In this document: positions 29,060-37,751 of the stretch, piece by piece
How positions within the stretch are numbered: position 1 is the stretch's first letter
Layout of the letters: each line of letters starts with the position of its first letter
Virus record (IMG/VR): IMGVR_UViG_3300020171_000006
Coordinates: 1-63,046 of that record
Reading direction: 5' to 3' (one strand)
From: a virus
Taxonomy: Duplodnaviria > Caudoviricetes
Length of the DNA: 63,046 nt
Notes under the pieces: model-generated
Database searches by the model: none
What the model was told of the DNA's origin: nothing
The model's input: the letters and a program-made list of their open reading frames with translations, nothing else
Program-made: the position numbers and the translations under genes

Positions 29060-30140
29060 TTACCTGCTCCACAACTTTATGATTATGCATCCGCTCCATC
29101 ACTTCAGAATTCAAAGAGAATTCAAGTGTACCCTTCATCATTCTACCAACTCGTTCAAGACTAAATTCTTCCTCTGCTTGTTTTCTTATTGTTAATCGAA
29201 CATTATTATTTCCAGCAGTTTCCTGCCAGCATTTATCAATTTCCTGGGCAAATCCCTTTATATCTCTTGGATCATGATTATATTGAGTATAAGGAGAACC
29301 TCCACCCGCAACCATCGGAACACCTGAAGCCATCGCTTCCCTGACTGTTCTGGTTGCTATCACATGAGGGGTAATAAATATGTCTGCTGATCTATAAACA
29401 AATTCTAAACCAGTAACAAACTTCATGCATTCACCAATCAATTTTCCATATTTATTTATATAATCTCTCCGATAATCATTCTTCCAAATTCCATAAATGT
29501 GAATTGATGCCTTACTATTAATATGTCGTTTATAATAAAGTGCCGCTTGAAGTACATTAAATGGAGTAATATCCTCCCGCCACATATCGGTTATAATGAT
29601 ATTGGGTTCCCCACTATTCTCAAATTTCCTCTTAGTACCAAATGGAGTATATTTAATCAAATCAACAGGAGCAGGAACATAATGAACAAGGCTACTTGGT
29701 ACTAAATCCTCAAACATCTCCATGTATTCCTGCCAGAATGTAATGTACCCAAGACAGTTTTTATCCAGCACCTTATCGGTTATCATCTTAAAAACATCTT
29801 TTTTTCTATCTACCGGGTATGCCCCGCTTCTATACCCGGTAAGAAAAGAACTCTCAGGTCTTCCATGCAGACATATCATATAAGGAATATCCTTACGAAG
29901 ATAATCAAGAGGAATGTCAGAATGCCTGAGCATTATATTGGCATCATCACACCAATGTGGATTAACTGTTTTAATGGCACCATCAACTAATCCTACCCTA
30001 CAATTTGCCTGGTCTTTCCAACCAAAATCAATAAACTCAGCATCAAGTCCGGCCGCTCTCTCTGCTATTATTAGTTCTTTTGCTGTTTCGTACTGCCCAC
30101 TCTGGCATGGTGCAAATACTCCCCAATGCGCAACTTTCAT
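29034..30140 (-). CDS. GT-B glycosyltransferase (GT4-like)
   Basis: YRSADIFI...REAMASGVPMV. Confidence 0.85.
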   Translation of the reverse strand: MKVAHWGVFAPCQSGQYETAKELIIAERAAGLDAEFIDFGWKDQANCRVGLVDGAIKTVNPHWCDDANIMLRHSDIPLDYLRKDIPYMICLHGRPESSFLTGYRSGAYPVDRKKDVFKMITDKVLDKNCLGYITFWQEYMEMFEDLVPSSLVHYVPAPVDLIKYTPFGTKRKFENSGEPNIIITDMWREDITPFNVLQAALYYKRHINSKASIHIYGIWKNDYRRDYINKYGKLIGECMKFVTGLEFVYRSADIFITPHVIATRTVREAMASGVPMVAGGGSPYTQYNHDPRDIKGFAQEIDKCWQETAGNNNVRLTIRKQAEEEFSLERVGRMMKGTLEFSLNSEVMERMHNHKVVEQVNEICAGVR

Positions 30141-30141
30141 T

Positions 30142-31074
30142 TTAGCTTTCCTCTTTTAAAGATTCAATAAGTGTTCTTGTTTTTGCTATCTGATTATCAA
30201 ACGTATAACCTTTTTCCTGTACAAATTTCCGACCTTCAATATGTCTTGGAGTTACAATCATATTGACCGCTTCATCAATAGTATTAAAAAGGGCTTCGGT
30301 TGGATAGAGTTGTTTTGCTCCATAAAAATTATGAATAACCGGTTGGATATTGTGGATCATTGCCTCGAAAATATTGTTACCAAAACTCTCGAATAGGGAT
30401 GTACTCAATAGATAGTTTTTATCCTGCCAAAAAGTTTCCATATTAGTAACAAAGCCATAATGAATAATGTTATCCTGCAGTCCCAGTTCTTTAGTCAGGT
30501 ATTCCATATAGACCCGATGTCGGAGTTCTCTATATGTGCCTGCTATGTGAAGTTTGAATTGAGGAGAAACATTATTCAGCTTTTTCATAATTTGAAGTAC
30601 CATTGGAGGATTCTTTCTATGATCTATCCCATTTGGAACCCAAGCAATATCATAACCAGTCTTAAAATTGTTATTAGAAGCATTTTCCAACTCGAAGCCA
30701 TTTTCAATTACAATAGATTTCACGTTTTTTATCTCATGATAAATCTCTCCTAATAATGTTTTTACATGCGAAGCCGTGAATACTAATCTATTAACAGCGT
30801 TCCACTCTATTCCCTTATACAGTTGATTAAATAATTCATAGCTCCGCAGTCTCACAATAACCTTCTTACCTTTGATAAATGGACTCTTGGTTCCTATTGC
30901 CGCCACTTCATTAGCAAACTCGAACCAAACTATATCTGCCCATTTAATTGCTTTTTCAATTCCTTCAACAGAGGAAACTTCTGCTAAACAGACATTATAA
31001 TCTTTTGAAAGAGCATCTACTGTCTTTCCTATAAGAGTATTAAAACCCTTAGCACAAATAAATGCTACTTTCAT
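30142..31074 (-). CDS. GT-B glycosyltransferase (GT4-like)
   Basis: STSLFESFGNNIFEAM (E-x7-E motif). Confidence 0.88.
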   Translation of the reverse strand: MKVAFICAKGFNTLIGKTVDALSKDYNVCLAEVSSVEGIEKAIKWADIVWFEFANEVAAIGTKSPFIKGKKVIVRLRSYELFNQLYKGIEWNAVNRLVFTASHVKTLLGEIYHEIKNVKSIVIENGFELENASNNNFKTGYDIAWVPNGIDHRKNPPMVLQIMKKLNNVSPQFKLHIAGTYRELRHRVYMEYLTKELGLQDNIIHYGFVTNMETFWQDKNYLLSTSLFESFGNNIFEAMIHNIQPVIHNFYGAKQLYPTEALFNTIDEAVNMIVTPRHIEGRKFVQEKGYTFDNQIAKTRTLIESLKEES

Positions 31075-31084
31075 TTTCTACCTC

Positions 31085-32329
31085 TTATGCATCAAACCAG
31101 ATTTTAAGACCAGTTTGAATTTCTTCAAATTCAAGAGAATCTGCATCAGCGTCAGCCTGCATCCATTTGAAATGATAGGTATCATTACCAGTAACCTCAA
31201 TGGCAATATCACTATCTCCCATTAAATCGCCACCAAAACTTGTTCCTACTGCAGCAAAAGTACAGAAATTATCAGGAATGGTAATGGCATTTCTCAAGGT
31301 TCCAGGTGCGTCAGTTCTTACTTGAATTTGCGCCGCACCTAAACAGGCATTTGCGCCAGCATTAAGATTATCTACCATTCTAAATCGGAACATTGCTATT
31401 GCCCTTGCTATCGTAGCAGTGGTAGGTAAATCTGCAATTGTAACCGATGGAAGATTGATGTCACTAATAGTTGTATCAACAGTAATCTTTTGAGCACAAG
31501 CCCCCCAGAACTCCATTGAATATATCCCACCTGCAAGAATAACCTCTATATCACTTCTGAGATCTAAGAGTGAGCTTTTTGCTCCTACTAAATCACTCTG
31601 CACATTAAGTAAATGAGAATGAATATTACCTACCAGTACCACATCAGAGGCAATATCATTTATTTGGGACATAGCAGATATTAAATCGGAGGCAATATTT
31701 ATTACGTGAGAATGAATATTTGCTATATTCACGCAATCTGAAGATATGTCGATCACGTGAGATAGAATTTCAGTGATACCTACTTTTGCTCCAACAATAT
31801 CACTTTTAATATCTAAGAGAGTACTTTTCGTACCCACCAAATCACTTTGAATATCAATAACATGACTATGAATATTTGATATATTTACACAGTCAGAAGA
31901 TATATCAATTACATGAGAAAGAATCTCAGTTATATCTAACTTTGCTCCTACAATATCACTGCGAATGTCAAGCAATTCACTATTCATTGCTATAATATCA
32001 CTTCTAACATCCTTCAATGAACTTGCTGCACTAATAAGGTCACTTGCTGCATTATGAATTAGAACTAAATCACTGCCCATATCCTTTAAAATGCTTGCAG
32101 CACTTACGATGTCAGATGCGGCATTATGAATCAAAACCAGGTTACTTGAAAGATTTAGTACATGGGAAAGAACCTCATCCATATCGGTATCTATTCCAAC
32201 TAAATCCGATATGATAAATTCAGTCCTTTCCAGAACCGAACCATCTCTATTTGAAACTACACTTGTACTTACGAAAGCATTATCAGCTGTATTTTCCCCG
32301 ATTGCTTTCGTTCTATTTAAATATCTCAT
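31085..32329 (-). CDS. Fibre-like virion protein with a long Ser-Asp/Ser-His coiled-coil repeat
   Basis: About 14 SD dipeptides in the repeat region; beta-rich C-terminal domain. Confidence 0.7.
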   Translation of the reverse strand: MRYLNRTKAIGENTADNAFVSTSVVSNRDGSVLERTEFIISDLVGIDTDMDEVLSHVLNLSSNLVLIHNAASDIVSAASILKDMGSDLVLIHNAASDLISAASSLKDVRSDIIAMNSELLDIRSDIVGAKLDITEILSHVIDISSDCVNISNIHSHVIDIQSDLVGTKSTLLDIKSDIVGAKVGITEILSHVIDISSDCVNIANIHSHVINIASDLISAMSQINDIASDVVLVGNIHSHLLNVQSDLVGAKSSLLDLRSDIEVILAGGIYSMEFWGACAQKITVDTTISDINLPSVTIADLPTTATIARAIAMFRFRMVDNLNAGANACLGAAQIQVRTDAPGTLRNAITIPDNFCTFAAVGTSFGGDLMGDSDIAIEVTGNDTYHFKWMQADADADSLEFEEIQTGLKIWFDA

Positions 32330-32348
32330 TCAAACACTCCTCCTCCTG

Positions 32349-32708
32349 TTAATTTGCTCTACCTATATATGCCACAACATCAATTGTAGCCGCCGTTCCA
32401 CCGGTCTCTGAGACAAAGCGGAATCTAATAAACCCCACCCTACCCTCGTATTGAATTGCATACGTTCCATTCACTGTTTGGGTTATATCCTGATCGTCAA
32501 AATCAAGATTAAAAAATGAACTATTATCATTACTACCTTCAAGTCGAACAACCACTGTGGTATTCATAGCAGCAATTGTATATTGAAAAACCGCATCTTT
32601 ACATCCGCTCATATCTAATAAATCAGATGTAACTCCTGTAGCGGTTAATTGTGTAAAAGTATATGGACGTTCACTGTCCCTATAATTATGAGCTTTAATC
32701 GTTGCCAT
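32349..32708 (-). CDS. Virion decoration-like protein (paralog of 32729..33127)
   Basis: VVVRLEGSNDN...NGTYA...VSETGGT. Confidence 0.65.
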   Translation of the reverse strand: MATIKAHNYRDSERPYTFTQLTATGVTSDLLDMSGCKDAVFQYTIAAMNTTVVVRLEGSNDNSSFFNLDFDDQDITQTVNGTYAIQYEGRVGFIRFRFVSETGGTAATIDVVAYIGRAN

Positions 32709-32728
32709 CAGTAATTAACTCCCTTCGT

Positions 32729-33127
32729 TTACCGGAGAATAAATTCCTGCGGCTCAAAAATTTTAACTTTAATATCAACAGTAACAAGAGTTCCGCCAGA
32801 TTCAGAAACTACATACAAACGAAGGTATCTAACTTCACCTTTGCCCTGATAACGAAGTGCATAAGTTCCATTCGCTGTATATGTAACATCCTGCTCATCC
32901 TCATCCACGTTAAACCAATTACTGTTATCCAAAGAACCTTGAATCCTAACAACTACATTGGTATCAATCGTTGCAATTGTTACAGCAAAAACAGCACTCA
33001 AGTAAATAACTTTGCCATCATCTGTAATCATCTGAATAACATCAGAGGCAGTTGCAGCAGCAGTTATCTGAGCAAGCGTAACAATCGAATTGTTAGGAGC
33101 ATAATGTGAGGCTATATATATTGCCAT
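32729..33127 (-). CDS. Virion decoration-like protein (paralog of 32349..32708)
   Basis: VVVRIQGSLDN...NGTYA...VSESGGT. Confidence 0.65.
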   Translation of the reverse strand: MAIYIASHYAPNNSIVTLAQITAAATASDVIQMITDDGKVIYLSAVFAVTIATIDTNVVVRIQGSLDNSNWFNVDEDEQDVTYTANGTYALRYQGKGEVRYLRLYVVSESGGTLVTVDIKVKIFEPQEFILR

Positions 33128-33203
33128 AAATACTCCCTTTCATTTTAGGCGGGAGGGGGATATTTCTACCCCCCATCCAGAGGAAAGCTGACCCGCCATT
33201 TAA

Positions 33204-34226
33204 TTAATTATTAGTAGTTTGGAACAACATCTGATATGCCGTATGGGCATTATCTGTCCCAGTTTCCAAAGCTCTCGCAAATGTATAAGTTACATTCGTA
33301 GAAGCATCAGAAACACCTAATGCACTTGTTCCAACACAAACACCATCACCAAGTACAGTAGCACCAACATTCATACAATATACGATGGCACCTGAACAAG
33401 CAGCTAAAACATACTTTGGATTTGTATCCGATCCTGCTCTTGTAGCAAAATCTGTCGTTTGACAGCAAATTCCAACAACAGCAGTATCATTAGCAGCAGC
33501 CAAATGTCCTTCACATAATTCCCAATTAATACCACAACCAGGAATCATTGTTTGCCCTGTTGCAACTTTAATTGGTCTTACTGGACCATAAATAGGACCA
33601 GCGGCAATTTCCGTATTGCTACCTTCACCTGTAATAAGGTCAGTAACAAAAATGCTGTCGATATAAACTTTCTCAGTACTTGCAGAACTACGCTGGTCAA
33701 CAAATCTAAATCCATCAACCGCTTCTCTGGCTATACCGGAAATATCAATGCATTTTATTTCAAATACATCCACTGTGGTATTAACAGGAACACTTAATGC
33801 AGTGCACCAATCCCCATTATTCCTAATTTGAACAGTTAATTCACCTGCTAATCTCAATGCTGTATCATCATGAACCCACATACAAAGCCAATTGAATTCA
33901 TTCCAATTTTCTCTGTCAGGTCTATGATTAGTATCGAGGGTTAGAGTTGAACCAAGTGTAGTTGTTAAACTATCTGTTTCAAGAGAATCTGAACCTGTTC
34001 TAAAATCAGGAGTTCCTGCAACGCAATTAAAATCAGATGCACTGGAAATATCCCAATCAGTAACAGTTTCACAATTAGAAACCATGTGAATTGTAGAGCC
34101 AACAGTTGCAAATTTCTGCAATTGCCAAGCAGCCCAATAAAAACCGGGACCAAATTGACCTTCAACTTCTGTACGTTCGACAGGACTAACATAGTCCCTA
34201 TTTTCATGTTTGTAACCTGCACCCAT
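33204..34226 (-). CDS. Capsid decoration/cement protein with CBM-like domain
   Basis: After the MCP; beta-rich domain + C-terminal VVGI...ARALE cement-like segment. Confidence 0.6.
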   Translation of the reverse strand: MGAGYKHENRDYVSPVERTEVEGQFGPGFYWAAWQLQKFATVGSTIHMVSNCETVTDWDISSASDFNCVAGTPDFRTGSDSLETDSLTTTLGSTLTLDTNHRPDRENWNEFNWLCMWVHDDTALRLAGELTVQIRNNGDWCTALSVPVNTTVDVFEIKCIDISGIAREAVDGFRFVDQRSSASTEKVYIDSIFVTDLITGEGSNTEIAAGPIYGPVRPIKVATGQTMIPGCGINWELCEGHLAAANDTAVVGICCQTTDFATRAGSDTNPKYVLAACSGAIVYCMNVGATVLGDGVCVGTSALGVSDASTNVTYTFARALETGTDNAHTAYQMLFQTTNN

Positions 34227-34288
34227 TGTAAATCTCCTTTTTAGAGTCGATGCCGTCCTGGCACAATACCAGGCGGCACCGTACTCAG

Positions 34289-35143
34289 TTAGTAAAAGTT
34301 AAATAATTGTTTATTATCTTCTTTTTGTAAACACGCACATAATTCACTAATACAATTATTTATTGAATCATTAATTGCATGTTCCCAAAATCTTAATACA
34401 GTATAACCCTGTAAAGACCACAATTGATTTTTTAACTTATCTTGTTTAATCATATCTTTACGGTTATGCCAATAATCACCATCACACTCAATTATGATAT
34501 TATAATCCGGTAAAAAGAAATCCACACAAGAATATAAATTATCAATCACAATTGAATATTGCTTCTCATAATTTAAATTCAATTGTTTTAAAATTTTCTC
34601 AAAAGCAAGTTCAATGGAAGTATCTTTAATCTTACGAATGCTTCTAATACCGGAAACATAAGCAGTTTCTAAACTCTTACTTATACTTTCTCTGTGTTTA
34701 ATAGAAAGATTTTTATCCTTCCAATAAGCAATTAATTTACCAGAAGCATATTTTTCTTTTAAAACTTTACTGTGCTCCTTTTTCCATTGTTCTGTTTGCT
34801 TCTTACCTTTTCTTCCAGAAGTTTTTCCTTTATGAGCAATACTCATTTTTAATCGAGCTTCCTCTGAATGATTTTTTCCATAAAAAGGATTCTTTTCACC
34901 CTTTCTAATTTCACTCAATTTCTTTCTCGTCTCTTCTGAGTCCATAGGATTATAAAGTAAGCCAAGAGAATGTTGTTTCTTTTTTGTTTCACTAATTTTT
35001 CTCTTGTGTTCTTCTGAAAAGAATTTAGACTTGCCTCTTCCATTATGACCATTAATAAATCGGTTTCCCTGTTTTACTATTTGGCCACAACTACATTGGC
35101 AATACTTCTCATATGAATTTCTTTTTTCCATCTTATTTATCAT
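34289..35143 (-). CDS. Free-standing NUMOD3 + DUF559/Vsr-like endonuclease
   Basis: CQCSCG, NPFYGKNHSEE, DFF...IIECDGDYWH, LRFWE. Confidence 0.85.
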   Translation of the reverse strand: MINKMEKRNSYEKYCQCSCGQIVKQGNRFINGHNGRGKSKFFSEEHKRKISETKKKQHSLGLLYNPMDSEETRKKLSEIRKGEKNPFYGKNHSEEARLKMSIAHKGKTSGRKGKKQTEQWKKEHSKVLKEKYASGKLIAYWKDKNLSIKHRESISKSLETAYVSGIRSIRKIKDTSIELAFEKILKQLNLNYEKQYSIVIDNLYSCVDFFLPDYNIIIECDGDYWHNRKDMIKQDKLKNQLWSLQGYTVLRFWEHAINDSINNCISELCACLQKEDNKQLFNFY

Positions 35144-35164
35144 AACCTATTTACTATATTAAAT

Positions 35165-36502
35165 TTACTTTGTTACATTATAAAGCCAACCAATCATTGG
35201 CTCAGTAGTGGTATCACGAATTGCACGGAAATGTTTTCTCATTGTAGAAACAAGGTAACTATTTCCATAAAGAGGTTTCCGTACATATTCAATTGTAAAA
35301 CCTTTTCTTATACCAACTCTGAAACCTGGAGTCCAGACTTTCAACAGTTGTGTAAGAGTTTCAGTAGTACCATCATAAACACCACTTGCATTCTGTAACT
35401 CCTCAACATGCTGAGTTAGAACAATCTGCTCACCATCAATAGCATTAAGTCTGCCATTTTTAATAGTAGCAACTGCCCCAAATTTATCAACAGTTCTTAC
35501 TTCAGCAAGAGACATCATTTTTTGGTACATATTAGTATTACACAGAACTTTAATCTCGTCTGGATTAATACCATACAAACCCATCTCAGAATTAAGTCCT
35601 CTCAGAAGAGCAAGCCCTGCTGAGGTTGACCACGTTGAACCATCGTTCTTCAGTGTGCTGATACACATATCCCTGAGACCATTCCAGCTTCTCCGAATAT
35701 CATCCGAAGCTACTGTATAACCAGTATCAAGATGAGTAGCAGTAGTATCACCATTAATAATTGCATTATCTGAACCTCTTGACTGAGCTATTGCAATATC
35801 CCTTCTCAGTTCAGGAAGTACAGCAACATAAGCATCCTCAATCATCTCATCGGAAACCGCTGTATTGACAATACTCTTGATTGCTGTAAATGTCAAATCA
35901 TCAGTTCCCATTGAACTGGTCTTATACATTGAAGGTGAATCTGTAGTTGCTTCCCCACCTTTATAAGCTGTCAGATGGGAGGATTTCACTGGAAATGTAT
36001 AGGGATTCGTAGGCATGGTAAATGATTGGAAAAGAGAAGTAATTTTCGCTTCAATTTCCACAAGGTCGATCATAGACTGCGAAAAGCCTTCGGGAATCCA
36101 CTCAAGACCTACACCTGCCGCGCTTGTATTCAATGCCTTCACAAGTTCTCCCCATTTCCTTTCAAAATTAGGAAATGACTGAAGAGCGGAAGGTTGACGT
36201 TTCATAATGGTGCAAAGAATGTAGAGATCATCATTCATTTCATGAAGTTTCTTTGTAACCTCATCCGTACCTGCTTTTTCCTCAAGTCTTTTCTGAATAA
36301 CCAAAAAGTCCTGGGGGTCAATATCAGAATATGGATGCTGTCTATTTTGGGTTTTCTTCAGAATATTACGAACTGCTTTCTCTACCATATCATCTATTTT
36401 CTTTTCATCAAAAGAAAGACCTAAATCCTCTTTCTTCTCAGTAATGATTTTAAATAGAGATGCACCAAGAGCTTCAAATTCCTGGGTTGAAAGTTGTTTC
36501 AT
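35165..36502 (-). CDS. Major capsid protein (HK97 fold)
   Basis: 445 aa; WIPEGFS...DNAIINGD; follows protease/scaffold. Confidence 0.88.
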   Translation of the reverse strand: MKQLSTQEFEALGASLFKIITEKKEDLGLSFDEKKIDDMVEKAVRNILKKTQNRQHPYSDIDPQDFLVIQKRLEEKAGTDEVTKKLHEMNDDLYILCTIMKRQPSALQSFPNFERKWGELVKALNTSAAGVGLEWIPEGFSQSMIDLVEIEAKITSLFQSFTMPTNPYTFPVKSSHLTAYKGGEATTDSPSMYKTSSMGTDDLTFTAIKSIVNTAVSDEMIEDAYVAVLPELRRDIAIAQSRGSDNAIINGDTTATHLDTGYTVASDDIRRSWNGLRDMCISTLKNDGSTWSTSAGLALLRGLNSEMGLYGINPDEIKVLCNTNMYQKMMSLAEVRTVDKFGAVATIKNGRLNAIDGEQIVLTQHVEELQNASGVYDGTTETLTQLLKVWTPGFRVGIRKGFTIEYVRKPLYGNSYLVSTMRKHFRAIRDTTTEPMIGWLYNVTK

Positions 36503-36507
36503 CTTAT

Positions 36508-36990
36508 TTATTCCTCCTTGTTTTCTAATGCAGCAGCAATTGCCTTTACAATCGTATTGGCAAGGTCTGTATTTTTATCTGTTTTATTAGTTGATTGTTT
36601 ACTGGCTTTTTCAAAGCCATCACTAATTGCCTTTACAGCATCCACTTCGTCCTCTTGCTTCTCTGCTGGTTCCTCACCAATAAGAAGATTGAGGGTATCA
36701 CGCAGGTTCTTCAGTTTACTAACAGTATCCTTAGAAAACTTTGCCCCTGCTTTGTCAACCTCAAATTTGAAAATACCTTCTTGAGATTCGAGTTTCTCTA
36801 ATCTATCATTAGATTTATTCAGAGCATCCTCAATTTTCCCAAGTACGCCTTTGAGTTCATCCATCTTTACTTCTCCTTTCGAGTCATCTCGCTTTACTAA
36901 TAGAAAACTTTGTTTATTTGCTGCTCTATCAACCAGTGAAACATGATTGACTTTTATGTTAAATAATCGCCGGAGTTTCAATTCTGGCAT
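36508..36990 (-). CDS. Scaffold-like protein carrying the XkdF-type HVSLVDRAAN motif
   Basis: SD GGAGG before MPELK. Confidence 0.7.
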   Translation of the reverse strand: MPELKLRRLFNIKVNHVSLVDRAANKQSFLLVKRDDSKGEVKMDELKGVLGKIEDALNKSNDRLEKLESQEGIFKFEVDKAGAKFSKDTVSKLKNLRDTLNLLIGEEPAEKQEDEVDAVKAISDGFEKASKQSTNKTDKNTDLANTIVKAIAAALENKEE

Positions 36991-37627
36991 CCGAAAACCC
37001 TCCAATGCTATACCCCGTTATTTCCCCCTTTTTAACTGATTCCCAAATCTTATCATCTAATACTAATGTTGCCATCATCCATGTGCCCTTCTTCACTGTC
37101 CCGTCACCCACCATCATATCCCCTGGTGCAATATATGATTCAACAATTTTCAGCTTCGAGTTATCTCTACCACTGTGCATCAAGTCATTTCCACTTCCAG
37201 AATACGTCACCATAAAATTGTGAGCCGCTTTCCGTACTTCCTCTTCACTATAAATGTCACCAATAGTTTTATCTGTTCTGGTAGCATCAACGGTCTCTGG
37301 CTCTAATACAACCCCAAGTATATATCGTAACTCTTCTCCTTTTTTAATTGTTATATCACCAATCTTAAAATCCTCTGGTGAATTATAAGTTAATGCTGAA
37401 TATTTAGAATTCTCTATTTCATACTTCTCCGCTTTCTGTTCAAACATTCCCCCGCACTGTCCGGCTGCTTCCTCTTGCGTTTTACCTTCCCTAATCAGAA
37501 AAGGAATACATCTACCCATCCAATCATCCCTTGATTCACCCGGCTGTATTTCAGGTTTAGCAATAGAAAGGTTATCCAATTTTTCAAGATGAAGGTTTAC
37601 CTCTTTAGTGATTTTTCTTTTTATCAT
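36959..37627 (-). CDS. Prohead protease (XkdF/S78_2-like)
   Basis: GVVLEP...KAAHNF...VESYIAP...KGEITGYSIGG. Confidence 0.85.
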   Translation of the reverse strand: MIKRKITKEVNLHLEKLDNLSIAKPEIQPGESRDDWMGRCIPFLIREGKTQEEAAGQCGGMFEQKAEKYEIENSKYSALTYNSPEDFKIGDITIKKGEELRYILGVVLEPETVDATRTDKTIGDIYSEEEVRKAAHNFMVTYSGSGNDLMHSGRDNSKLKIVESYIAPGDMMVGDGTVKKGTWMMATLVLDDKIWESVKKGEITGYSIGGFSDARIETPAII

Positions 37628-37751
37628 TATCCAATTCCCTCTTAACTTGTTCTATTAAAAAGCCATCTTTTGCAATCAATCTGCCTTTTGAATCATATAC
37701 TTCAAATTTTGAACTTTCTTCTAATTTTTCTTTTTTTCTTTTTTCATTCAT
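37605..37751 (-). CDS. 48-aa ORF coupled to MuF-ART (candidate immunity protein; not in ORF track)
   Basis: ATGA overlap with the upstream stop; MNEKRKKEKLEESSKFEVYDSKGRLIAKDG... Confidence 0.55.
   Translation of the reverse strand: MNEKRKKEKLEESSKFEVYDSKGRLIAKDGFLIEQVKRELDNDKKKNH

Noticed and set aside
16906-32074. Diversity-generating retroelement TR/VR pair
   Set aside because: No reverse transcriptase is present, both copies are coding, and there are only 2 differences
34289-35143. Group I intron or intein hosting the endonucleases
   Set aside because: MCP and RecA appear complete with stops before the endonuclease genes, and no splice motifs were seen
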